64,000 nt of DNA from Basidiobolus meristosporus CBS 931.73 (Eukaryota; Fungi; Basidiobolomycota), in the NCBI GenBank assembly GCA_002104905.1, contig MCFE01000343.1:1-64000 (forward strand). The letters run 5' to 3'. The first letter of the stretch is position 1, and the number at the start of each line of letters is the position of its first letter. The notes beneath the pieces are model-generated. The model worked only from the letters and a program-made list of their open reading frames with translations, made no database searches and was not told the origin of the DNA. A program made the position numbers and the translations under genes. Shown here one piece after another: positions 12,284 through 22,949 of this stretch.

Positions 12284-12710
12284 ATGCGATTCAATACCGT
12301 TTTCTGCTCCTTAGCCATGGCACTGCTAGCCTGCACAACAACTTCAGCACAATCCTCTAGAGCGTTACTAAGTATGTAATCAGTATATAACTCAACTAGC
12401 CGCAACCAGCGAGCCTTACTAACCAAATACTTACAATGTAGAATTGGTAAATACTCCTGAAGATACTGCACAACAACTACCATTCTCAGCTGGCTCATGC
12501 CAACGCGTGACCTTTGGACCGGTGGATACTGCCAGCATCACCCCCGAATCACCAAGTATCTCTGCCCAAGCCATCTTGTATCCTTCTCTGCAAGATTGTA
12601 ACAATCGCAGGAACAGGATTGCTGCTATAACATCCAATCAACTCGAGGTACATATCGCGAAGAACGGAAAAGAAGTGACTGTTGGAGCAGTAAGAGTATC
12701 TGTCAGCTAG
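12284..12710 (+). CDS. Intact 118-aa small secreted protein, two exons (12284-12371, 12442-12710), function unknown
   Basis: Signal peptide MRFNTVFCSLAMALLACTTTSA; 70-nt intron GTATGT...TACTAAC(12417-12423)...TAG joins in frame (A+AA=Lys) to LVNTPEDTAQQLPFSAGSCQRVTFGPVDTASITPESPSISAQAILYPSLQDCNNRRNRIAAITSNQLEVHIAKNGKEVTVGAVRVSVS*; AATAAA at 12718-12723. Confidence 0.85.
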
Positions 12711-13105
12711 CATCCTCAATAAACCGCATTGTTCAGTCAGGAGTTACAAAGAATGTATCCCATTAGATATACACAGCCAGAATGAAAGAGCAACTGTAAC
12801 AGACTAGTGAACGAAAGCCTAGAATATGCCTACATATCATTATGATTATCCAGCAAAAGGTGAATGGAGTGTATCCTCCGTAGCAACCGCAACGTCTTTG
12901 TGATACTAATAGCAAGGCACGGGCTCTCTTGGCTAGAATCTGAAATAAGCGTGATGAATTGGCATCATATCCGTTCTTCCAATAATCAAATATTCCCCTT
13001 CATTGTCATGGTAACTCTGCCTGTCTCTCCTTGCCAACAGTGCTTATCTCCTTATAGCTTTATACAATCCTCTTCAATATTCAATTCAGCGGTGAAACAC
13101 ACACA

Positions 13106-13167
13106 ATGCAATTCAAATCCGTTCTCTGCTCCTTAACCGTGGTACTGCTAACCCACATATCTAACCC
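13106..13167 (+). pseudogene. Partner-gene 5' fragment fused to an F-type promoter (the intervening GYRW gene is deleted)
   Basis: Signal-peptide codons run into AATAAAGCTCAGCACCAGCCTTTATATACAG, which elsewhere lies just upstream of the D/H ATG. Confidence 0.75.
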
Positions 13168-13524
13168 TAATAAAGCTCAGCACCAGCCTTTATATACAGA
13201 TACAGCATTTGGATAAGACGGAGGCTTATAGATATCGCATCTAGGAAGCTTCAGTCAAATGATGTAGTATATTTCGGAGGCAACCACCGCAGCTGAAGTA
13301 TAAATACTCGATTTCTGTTTGCCTTCTACCGCAATAAACAATGCTAGTCATGGTATAAAGATGCCTATACTGTGTTTCATGAAAGTGGTAGGTACTTCTC
13401 TTATAACCGGAAATGGGTAGAAAAGTAGCGAGAGCCTCCAAAGGGTGCCACAAAAATCGGCCTTTATTTTGCATGATTTAGAGTTGTGTTTGATGACAGT
13501 ATTAATAGTAAGCTTAACAGCATG

Positions 13525-13680
13525 ATGTGATGGATTAGCAGCTCAAACAAGAGAGTATCTTCTCTGGTTGGCTGGAACCTACACACCATTTCCCGGCTTT
13601 GGAGAAGAGATGAACACACTTACCACATTGACTGTACCGGAATTTAAAAGCATAAGGACGATGGAAAAGTGCTTGCGCAT
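13525..13680 (-). pseudogene. Diverged GYRW-family remnant G2 (MRKHFSIVLMLLNSGTVNVVSVFISSPKPGNGV*)
   Basis: Paralog of G1 at the same position in the duplicated block; N-terminus resembles copy C; core lost. Confidence 0.6.
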
Positions 13681-14194
13681 GGTAAATACCAAAGGATAGA
13701 TGGGGCCTCCTCTTGTGTATCTTTTACGTTATCAATCCCATACTGGTCCTCTTTTTCTTTGACCACCACTATCTGTCTTCCTTCATCAGGGGATGAATGA
13801 GTGAGCTACAAATGGGCAATACTAAGCATGCTGAAGTGTAGCAGAAACCACATCACTTTATTTAAGCCTAAATTGCACTCACCATATTTGGCGTTACGAT
13901 ACTAATGGAAGTGAGGAGGCAACGCATCCGTGCCACATATCATCCGTGCCACATATGCAGGCCAACACTAGTCATCCTGGTGCAATCGAACAATACAAGG
14001 ATCATCACTTGAGTTCACTAGTTTCTCCTTAAAAATAAAGTGCTTAGCGCAAAGCGAATTTGGCAAATAGTATAGAATATTCTGCTTCATCATGGTAGCT
14101 CAGCCTGTCTCTCCTTACAAGCCGGGATAATTTCCTATAAAATCGCTTGCAATGCTCACCTTCTTCATCAGACATACACACAGAAAAACACACA

Positions 14195-14474
14195 ATGCGA
14201 TTCAATACCGTTTCTGCTCCTTGACCATGGCACTGCCAACCCGCATATCAACCTCGGCTCATATCAGCACGTGATCTGCGAACCGGTAGATACCGCAAGC
14301 ATCACTTCCGGACCTCCCAGCACCTTCGCCAAAGCGATCAGGTACCCTTCCATACAGGATTGCAACCGTAAAAGGAACAGGATTGCTACAATTACCTCCA
14401 AACAACTCTAGATACACATCGCGAAGTACGGAAAAGAAGTGACCGTTGGAGCAGTGAGAGTTTCTACCAGCTAG
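14195..14474 (+). pseudogene. Secreted partner protein pseudogene 5
   Basis: 1-nt deletion after codon 6, the shared internal deletion, and GAG->TAG; promoter is of the intact-gene type. Confidence 0.8.
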
Positions 14475-14599
14475 CACTCTCAATAAGAGTCATAATCACA
14501 TGGCCATTCACTATCAATAGATAAAATGCAACGGTACTTTATTCAAGCACACAGACAAGTGGTGTTGTTGGAGTGAATAAAAGCCTTGATTCTTATTAT

Positions 14600-15023
14600 T
14601 CAGCAACCCCAGTCGCATCCACCATACCCTCCATATCCCCCGTAGCGTCCATACCCCCACCGACCTCCGTAACCACCGTAGCGTCCTCGTCCCCAGTATC
14701 TGCCCCTCCGCCGCCCATATCCCCCGTATCTCCCCCATAGCTCGGCCTCTTGAGGATCGCCCTCCTCTTCCTCGACTCCTTGGTCGGCGTCTTGCTTATC
14801 CGAGAGAGTCTGGTCGAAAATATTCCTTGACATCTGGCCGAGAATGCCATCAATATAGTGCCGAATATTCTGCGCATCCTCTTCCTTGTTTGACGAGAAC
14901 CTCTTCACCACTTGGCCGCTTTGCGGGTCCCTATTGGAGATTTGTGCTTGACACATCCACGGGACTTCCAAAGGCACTGACGACCATCAGTAGAGCACAA
15001 GCTGCGGTAAGTTGTTTGTACAT
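14600..15023 (-). pseudogene. GYRW-peptide copy H
   Basis: Same 17-nt deletion as copy D, giving TAG after codon 30; downstream frame otherwise open with a core lacking one GRY unit. Confidence 0.8.
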
Positions 15024-15688
15024 GGTGAATGTTGAGCAATCCAATAAAGCTCAGCACCAGCCTTTATATACAGATACGAGATGAAGGTTAACAGACATCG
15101 CATTTAGGAAGCTTCACGAAATTGATGGGCGTCAGCCGAATAATGTAGTATATTTCGAAGTACAAACACGTGATTTCTGTCACCATAATGCTGGCGATGG
15201 TAGAGAGATTCCTATACCATGTTATATGAAAGTGGCTAGTATTTCTCTAGTAAACGGAAATGGGTAGAAATGCAGCGAGAGCCTCAAAAGAGAGCCTCAA
15301 AAATTGGCCTTTATCTTGCATAACTAAAGGATACCTCTTGTATATCTTTTCGTTATCAATCACATACTGGTTATCGTGTTCTTTCACTACCACTAAGAGA
15401 TGAACACATGGGCGATACTTATGTAACCGCTCAATATTATCCTCCATCCTTATACCCCGAACAAACTATGTATGCACTTAATACTAATAGCCTCAGTGTA
15501 ACAGAAACTACGACGCTTTATTTACACCTAGATCGCGCTCACCAGTGCTTATATTCGGGGTGAATACAATATTATGGTATAAATATAAGATATTCCGCTT
15601 CAGCATCATGATAGCTCAGCCTGTTTTTCCTTACAAGCCGGGCTAATTCCATATAAAATCGCTTGTAATGTTCACCTTATTCATCAGC

Positions 15689-15745
15689 CAACTTCAGCAC
15701 AATCCTCTGGTGCACTACTAAGTATGTAACCAGTATATAACACCA
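15689..15745 (+). pseudogene. Partner-gene fragment (end of exon 1 and intron donor only)
   Basis: CAACTTCAGCACAATCCTCT...CTAAGTATGTAA matches 12339-12390; preceded by the intact-type promoter block. Confidence 0.7.
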
Positions 15746-16068
15746 CAAGTCGCAGCTAAAGTGACCATTATGTTGTGGTAAGTTCACGAATTAAATCAGA
15801 ATTTTGACTGTTGTTTCTTATCAATAGGATTCAAGTACAGCCCAACTATGATGTTGAATCAATTGTGGCTGAGTCGTCATACTATTTAATCGCTATATTG
15901 TGATACTTAAATTGCATCTATCTATACACACTATGTGTACACACTATCTATACGTATTACAGATTAAGCTACCCGAGAATGCCTTATACCTCGCTGGGCA
16001 CGCACCTTTATAACACTTTGTGAATTCTAATAAACACAACGCTGTTCCTTCTGCAACAGGATGTTTAT

Positions 16069-16335
16069 TCATTCGCCCAAGCCAGCTTGGGATGTGCTAG
16101 CTTTAGGTTCAAACACAATGGCTGTCAAGGCTTCACAAGCAGGCGAAGTCTCCAGAGGCTCGTCTATATTCCTACGCATAGCTGGCTTCCCTTTAAACTT
16201 TGCTACTACTTCACCATTCTCCATCGTTAGCTCCTGCAGCCCATGTGTTGCTGAGAATACCTCGCACACCACGCGAAGAACCAGCATGGCTCTTTCTCTA
16301 TAGATACGGTCCTGGGCTTGCACCATGGTTTGCAT
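16069..16335 (-). CDS. Uncharacterised 88-codon ORF, possibly an exon or decayed gene
   Basis: Protein-like composition, CpGs retained, unique sequence; the upstream continuation appears broken by a stop and frameshift. No family recognised. Confidence 0.3.
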   Translation of the reverse strand: MQTMVQAQDRIYRERAMLVLRVVCEVFSATHGLQELTMENGEVVAKFKGKPAMRRNIDEPLETSPACEALTAIVFEPKASTSQAGLGE

Positions 16336-17339
16336 AACAGTGTCAAGCCATTGTCCCTTTATAGCGAAAACTTCACTCCAATATGATCAGATGACGGCTC
16401 GAACAATGGCCCTTTGTAAGTTCAATTAAAACTGGATTTCAACCATTGTTTCAACCATTGTTTAGTATTGATAATATGCCAACAACGATATGAGGCAATC
16501 CCGTTCAAGTTACATGCCAAGTAATGATGATGCTGAATTTTATTTATATAGCTTGAGCCAATTGGGGCGTGGGAGCTGAGTCACCGTTCTGTTGGAGAGG
16601 GGCTTGCTGTTGTGAACAGAACGGTGAGTTGACAGTAAATTGAGAATATTGAATGCTCGACATTAGCTTATATACATGGCTAATTGATATGCAGTCAAAT
16701 GATGTAGTACATTCCGGAAACAACCACTGCACAAACACTCGCTCATGAAAACAAATCACAATGCAAGTCAAGAAAAGAGATTCCTATATTAAATCAAGTC
16801 GAGCAAAGAGATTTCTAACAACTACCATGGCCCTTCATCACACTATGCATGCATTCAATCCGGCCTAACATTTATGGTTGTAAAGAAAGCGCAACTATAT
16901 CACTTGATCTTTGCTCACCATGGCACTAGTAAAGTCTTATCCGCAATGAGCAGACAGCATCAGTAGATACCCATAGCTATTCACTCTTTCTTAGCCTGCA
17001 AGTCAACTCAAATTAGTATGTAGTCGATGTCTAGCTTGACTGGACGTAACTAGTGACTGTTGATTGCTCGAATAAAGCTTAGCACTGTTTTCGGCCAAGA
17101 TGGAGGTTGATTGAAATCCCATCCATGAAACTCCTCGGAATTGGTGGGTTTTAGTTGAATGATGTAGTGTATTTTGGAGGAAAACACCGCAGCTAGCATA
17201 CAACCACTTTTCCTTCTGTCTTCCACAGCAATAAGCGACTAAGCTAGCCATAGCAGAGAGATTCTTGTGTGAAAATGTCAAATATTGCTCACGTAAACAA
17301 ATACAAGTGGGCAAGCAGCAAACAGCACGGCATAGTAGG

Positions 17340-17614
17340 TTAGTAATTCAAAACACACCTAAAATTGCATCCGCACCCTCCATATTTCCAACAACCACTA
17401 TAGTACTCATGACATTGTCGCCACCAATATTTGCCCTGCCCTTTCTGGCACAAGCGTCTTCATCCTTGGTTGGCTGGGACCTATGTACATCTCTCAGGCT
17501 TTGAGGAAGAGATGAAGGCACTTGCCCCATTGGTATCCTTTGGCTGCACCTGAGTCCATACTAAAATCCTCAGACCATTAGGAACACACGGATGATGGGA
17601 ATATGCTTGTGTTT
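17340..17614 (-). pseudogene. Diverged GYRW-family remnant I
   Basis: QVQPKDTNGASAFIS matches PVQPEATNVASASIS and TKDEDA matches copy C; start codon lost; several stops and frameshifts. Confidence 0.75.
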
Positions 17615-18284
17615 GGTGAGCACCAAAGAGATAAACGTAACCTCTTGCTTTTGCTATGCAAAAATGCTGATGCAGGTGAAGAGTGCTAAGTACAACAACT
17701 GGTATGAGCAATTTGAGGCAGTAACCACCATTGAGTACTGTCAAAGCTCATCTGCACTTCAACTAGCATTGACGTTTGATCACTGTTCTTAATACACATT
17801 TTAAGATAACACAATAGTAGTGCCGCCCTCCAAATATAGCTGACATACACTGCAATTGTTTACGGGCTGATACCAGATATTCTAAATACTCAAAGAGCTA
17901 ATGATAAATACGCTTGGTGTAGACAACCATAATTAAGCTTAAACAATTTCCTTATTTTATTCAAACTAGCTTTAACATGTAAAAGGGTCAATTAATATCT
18001 GCCTCCATATATGTCTTCATTGGCATTGTTGGCAACGTCTACATGATGGTTGATTGCTGGAGTCACTCTCATTGTTGACTTGATGCAGAAAGTTCCAATA
18101 AACATCCAGTGTGTCACCATGGAGTGCTGGTGCAGTGGGCAGCTTGGGTGACCAATAATTGCTCTATTATGCTGCATTTGAGATTTAATGTTGAACACTG
18201 TGAACCATCTACTTATACTATTTATTCAACCCAATCATACAATACAGATATAGCATCATAGTAAAACCCTCACTTCACACTTAC

Positions 18285-18525
18285 TATTCTCTGGTTTGAT
18301 GTTGCAATGGATGAGGATGGCACCATTCTGCTGTCCGTACCCAACATGACACCAATGAACTGCACAAACAACCTGTGCAAATATGCTCCACACCCAGCTT
18401 GGCTGTAGAGAACATCTGGTGTGCTTATTGAGATTTGAACTCTGGATGATCAATTAAAGAAAATACCTGTGTGTTTTGCAAAGCTGCAGTACATTTTGCA
18501 AGTCCCCATATGCGCAGTACTCCAT
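18285..18525 (-). pseudogene. NIMA/NEK-like Ser/Thr kinase fragment with intron
   Basis: Splicing 18466-18416 (GT..AG, 51 nt) gives MEYCAYGDLQNVLQLCKTHRCSLQPSWVWSIFAQVVCAVHWCHVGYGQQNGAILIHCNIKPEN, followed by GTAAGT. It matches the hinge-to-catalytic-loop pattern of NIMA kinases; HRD->HCN is explained by CpG transitions; no DFG exon found. Confidence 0.65.
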
Positions 18526-20903
18526 TAACATAATATCACAGAGGCGTCACTGTATATAAAGTGAGGTTTATTCTTCACCCAGATTCAACATTGCCTCAAT
18601 GGGATCTTCTGTTCTATCACTGATATGGTACCTTTGTTGAGCCATCAAGCTGATATCCACAATAGGTGTGCAACAAACCTGTTTTTGGCTTCCTTTGTGG
18701 ATCACCATACAGAGGTCTTCAACAAATTGAATCACACAATGATACTCATGGTTGAGTACACTGCCATCTGCCTCTGCTTTGCTGGTAGTCACCCAGTTGC
18801 GCAACCACTCTGGTAGGGTATTCATTCCTTTGGTTGTATTGTTGCCATCTTGCACACAAGGCAATATGCTGCTACTAGGGGTTGGGGATATGCTGCTAGG
18901 GACTGCACTGCTACTTGGGACTGGGGGTATTTGCATTGCATCAGTCAAGGCTGGACCACTGGTGCAGGTGGCATCTCAGCCTGGGGGTTGCTTAGTTCTT
19001 GCCTTTTTCTTGCACTTAGCTACAACTTTATCATTGGCAAAGGCACTACACATTTCCTCCTTTGAAATATCACTCCAGTTTGGCACTTATAACACATATC
19101 TCCTTGACTCCACACCTCAATGGTGTCATCAATATGCTGAAAGCCCCAAACTCCACCAGGTACTGCCAGTACCTGGAATGCAACTTCTCTGTTTGAAATC
19201 TCTGTTGCCAAAGAAGCCGCTTTGCCAACAGCACTAGAGGCAACAGACCAAGTGAGTTATGTCCCATAATTCAAGTTATGGAATATGTGCTTTGCTGTCC
19301 ATGCTTATTTTAGCACTTTGAAAATAAAGACATGTCACCCAATCAACACTTCAAGGATGTCCAGATGCAACAAAGAGGCAAATATATAGTGCAGCTTTGA
19401 TGCATTAGAGCATTGCCCAATATATGGTGTCACTCAATGCCCTACTCACTTGGATCCTGATGACAATGAAGGACCTTTAGTAATATACAAAGTATTCATT
19501 GGTACAATTCTACAGGTAAATATATATTTTTGCAATAGAATACATATGCACTGGACACCACGTGTAATGCTTTTCTGATTTGGTAGCCATCATGGTTTGG
19601 AACTAAAGGGTTGCTTGTTACGCATCAATAAGTGATACCTTGCATAATAGCTAGTATTCTGACTAGACCTTTTGGTTGGAATCAGGCAGATTCACTCACT
19701 TTTCTACAAACTGGCCTAGTGTCTTTCATTCTGAATTGTTTGTCATGCTCAGACAAACTTCTGATTCCAATTTGTTGTTTGTATCAAATACCACAAATCC
19801 ATTCAAAAGCATGTCTTCTGCTGGTGCACACCCTGATGTCAATGAATTTGTATTGGCATTTAAGCTTCTTAATCAACATGTTGCACTCAAATATTGTTCA
19901 TATTTTGGTTTTTTTGTGCTACAGCTGGTTCAGACTTATTATGTTATTATTGCATGGCCAATGGCAAAAAGTGTGGGGCTTTGAAGGGTTGGATGTTGGG
20001 TTCTATGCTCAATTAATCCTTAAGCAAGTTGTAGTGTGCCAAGCCTATCTGCATTGGCTGCTGATACCACTAATAACACTTCCACCCAAATTCTTTGCTG
20101 AAATGTTGCATGAAAAGTAGAGACCATCTGTGCAAGATTCTTCTTGCAGCTGTTGTGGTGTAAGTCACTTGGAGGTACACTTCACCTTTCTGTAGAACAA
20201 CATATTTCATGTGAAATGCTGCCTTCAATCAAGGGGGAGAGTTCAAGTAGAAACATGGCTGCCTTAAAATTCAATAAATATGATGGATCTCCAAGCTGGT
20301 ACTTTTCTTACAAAGGATATGCTAAGTGTTTACCTGGTTTAACATAGGCTTCTTTCAGGGTCTCACAATGTCACGGCATGAAAAATACTGAATTGGCTGA
20401 AAACAATCTGCTCATGCTGTATTGGGCCAGTAATAATACTCCTAAATGGTACTCTGAGTAGGAATTCCATGAGATTTACACTTCACTCTTATTTGTTGTT
20501 TTCTCAGCACCAAGACATTTCAGGACTACTGTCACAGTAGATCTGAGCCCTATTTAATGAGAACATTTAGTAACAAAGTCACCCCAGTGTTTCAGCTGCA
20601 TATCTACAGGAAGCTTGATTATGGGTATTCTGTATGATCTGAAGTTATTGTTCAGAGTGTTATTGATCTGCAACCAATCAATTACACCTTTCAGTTACTA
20701 TTGTGCTTTACAATTCATTGTTAATAGTCACTGCAATAGAAGGTCAATATTCAGTTTTCTCTGGTAAAACATTTGAAGATCAGATATTACTTAGCATCAA
20801 CATGCTGACCAAGACCACCTTGCAAAAACACAGCCCATGATCTTCCCTAGTGCTTGGCATACTTAAGGATGTACTCACCTAATAGGAAATATTGGTCTCT
20901 ATT

Positions 20904-21074
20904 TAACTTATTCCACTCATTTGAGCTGATCATTGCATCACAGAGTGCCAAAACATGATGTGTTGTGCAAGATTAGGATCAAAACTTACATGCATATGAC
21001 TCTGAAATACAAATTATTAGCTAATTATACAGCACTACCTGAGACTATGAGTACTGGCACAGTATAACAAGTCT
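20904..21074. mobile_element. MITE of the AGACTTGTTCCAT-TIR family, ATT target-site duplication
   Basis: Reverse-complement homolog of 60950-61160; ATT at 20901-20903 and 21075-21077. Confidence 0.7.
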
Positions 21075-22949
21075 ATTAAACTTGTTCTATTGTACTGTGG
21101 CATGGTGTTTTGGGCATTTGATGGTCTCAAAGTACATTGGGAGTAGTAATATAGCTACCAGTAAGCAGGATTGCTCATGGATGATTTTGCACTGTGTGTG
21201 ACAATCTTGTGCACTATGGCATAATCTGACACAATGAAGCTGGAACAGTATATTGTACCAACTTGGAATGTGAATATCATGCATGCCATTAGATGTTACC
21301 AAGTCATGGTCCTTTTGTTGTGAACAACTGTAAGTAATCAATTATACCTGTTAAAAACTATCTTCAAAGTTCCTGAACTTAATCCTAATAAATGTGGGTG
21401 TGAAATCATTAATCTGATTAATTGCTTCCTGTCCTTGCAGAAATAAACAAGTTAAAGTTCATTGGATTTCTAACTGGTAATTAGCTGGTATTCTTATATT
21501 ATTTTGCTGGAAGTCAGTTGGTGATGCAGCTTTAAGTTTTTGTTTGCAATCTTTGGTAAAATAATGAGCAACTAATAACCAAATTGGTATGAGTGCTGGT
21601 AGGCCCAGTCTTCCCCTGGAAGGGATGTCTGCATATCCTTCTATGGGAAACTCCCAAAACATGATATGAAAAATAATGTTCTTTGCTCACCAAGCACAAT
21701 AGAATAGCTACTAGATACAGTAGCAGCAGAGGTCTAAATATGCAGATTTATGCTTGCAGTATTACCACACAACTCCCATCACAAATTCCTTGCATAAAAG
21801 CTGTAGATGATCCACTCCTGCATACATATTACCATAATGTCAACACTTGACTTCAATGCCTCCAATGTTTACTGGAAAGAATTTGCTAGAGAAGACCACT
21901 TGAACCAATATATATCCAGCTCATACAATTCTTGCATTTGCATTGTTGCATATTCTTATTAATAAGTATTGCAGTTTGTGAGAAGTATTTTGAATAGCAG
22001 ATACTCTTCTGGCTTGTAACATCTGCTTATACAATCAAAGACTACTTTAATACAATCTGAATGCCATACAAGCCATGCAAAAAGACTGTTCAAGTGCTGT
22101 CCAGCTGGTTACTCTGTTTTGCACAATTACAGCAGAACACAGTCCCAATTCCACCATAAGGTTGTGACTTGAGTCAACATTCACAATGTGCTGTCCAAGT
22201 AACGTTTTCATTGTAGGATTCTGATGGCTGATATAGATCAGTTCAACCCACACAACCATTTATTTTCATTCTGAGACTAAATCTCATAGTTGCCAAGAAG
22301 AATTGTGGACAAAACAACAGCTATTCTCAAAAAAGGTGAAGGTGTGGCCCTCTGAGCCAGACTCCATTGAAGTAGGCAAGTTTGTAGGAAAAGGCATTTT
22401 GTACACTGCAGCTTCTACATCCTGCACTGTTTACAAAGCAGAGATACCTCTGATGGGTAAAAAAACAACATCAAGAAATCAGAGAACTATGATAATGCTT
22501 GCAGCAGATTCTTGCAATATAAATATGCATACCAAAATTATGCAGCACCTCTTCATTGGCAGTATTTGCTAAATGACCTAAATGTTGTAAGGACTTATTG
22601 CAAAGACTGCCAGATGAGGTGCTAGACCTTGCAATTGTAGCAGATCAGGACCTATGGGAACCAGTAACAAAACCGTGGCATAAATCCATAGAATTCCTGC
22701 TGAAGTCATGAGTGAAGGCAGAAGAAGATGTAGGAACTGCACCATATCCAACCAATGTCCATCAGGTAACCCCTTCTGTACCATTACATTCAATTGAGAC
22801 TATGCTGGCAGGACACAACAGCACAATGATGGTGACAATGAATAGAGTGTTGATTGCTTAGATGCAGTGGTCAAAAGTCATCAGGAAGCAAGAGAGAGAC
22901 AAGATGAGCAAGTATCATTCGTAGAATAATTTCTATACATTGTCACAAA

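Larger units (their letters stand above)
1425..17800. repeat. Tandem segmental-duplication array carrying two small secreted-protein families
   Basis: Marker AGATAC(A/T)CTCCA recurs at ~1441, 4093, 7308, 9641. Blocks 3900-4330, 7085-7540 and 9400-10060 align, as do 11133-12280, 13168-14190, 15024-15690 and 17060-17620. Confidence 0.9.

Noticed and set aside
12861-12887. Extra peptide-gene remnant downstream of the intact partner gene
   Set aside because: Only ~27 nt resemble the 3' end of copy A; suggestive but too short to list as a feature.
7828-14483. Minus-strand membrane-protein-like ORFs (e.g. 7839-8063, 12431-12637, 14259-14483)
   Set aside because: They are antisense shadows of the plus-strand partner gene, which has the ATG, signal peptide, canonical intron and TATA box.
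2558-14877. Conserved overlapping acidic ORF (DTGDEDVTV...DATGVA) in every peptide copy
   Set aside because: That frame can only gain stops from Leu/Val/Ile/Met codons, which a G/Y/R/W core lacks, so it is open by composition. It is not evidence of dual coding.
1425-17800. Calling the locus a RiPP (dikaritin/KEP-type) cluster
   Set aside because: No tailoring enzymes or transporter in the window, no Kex2-delimited repeated cores, and copy C lacks the KR site.
19020-19211. Gag-like zinc knuckle (CYKCQTG...C)
   Set aside because: The His and spacing of CX2CX4HX4C are missing and no other gag motifs support it.
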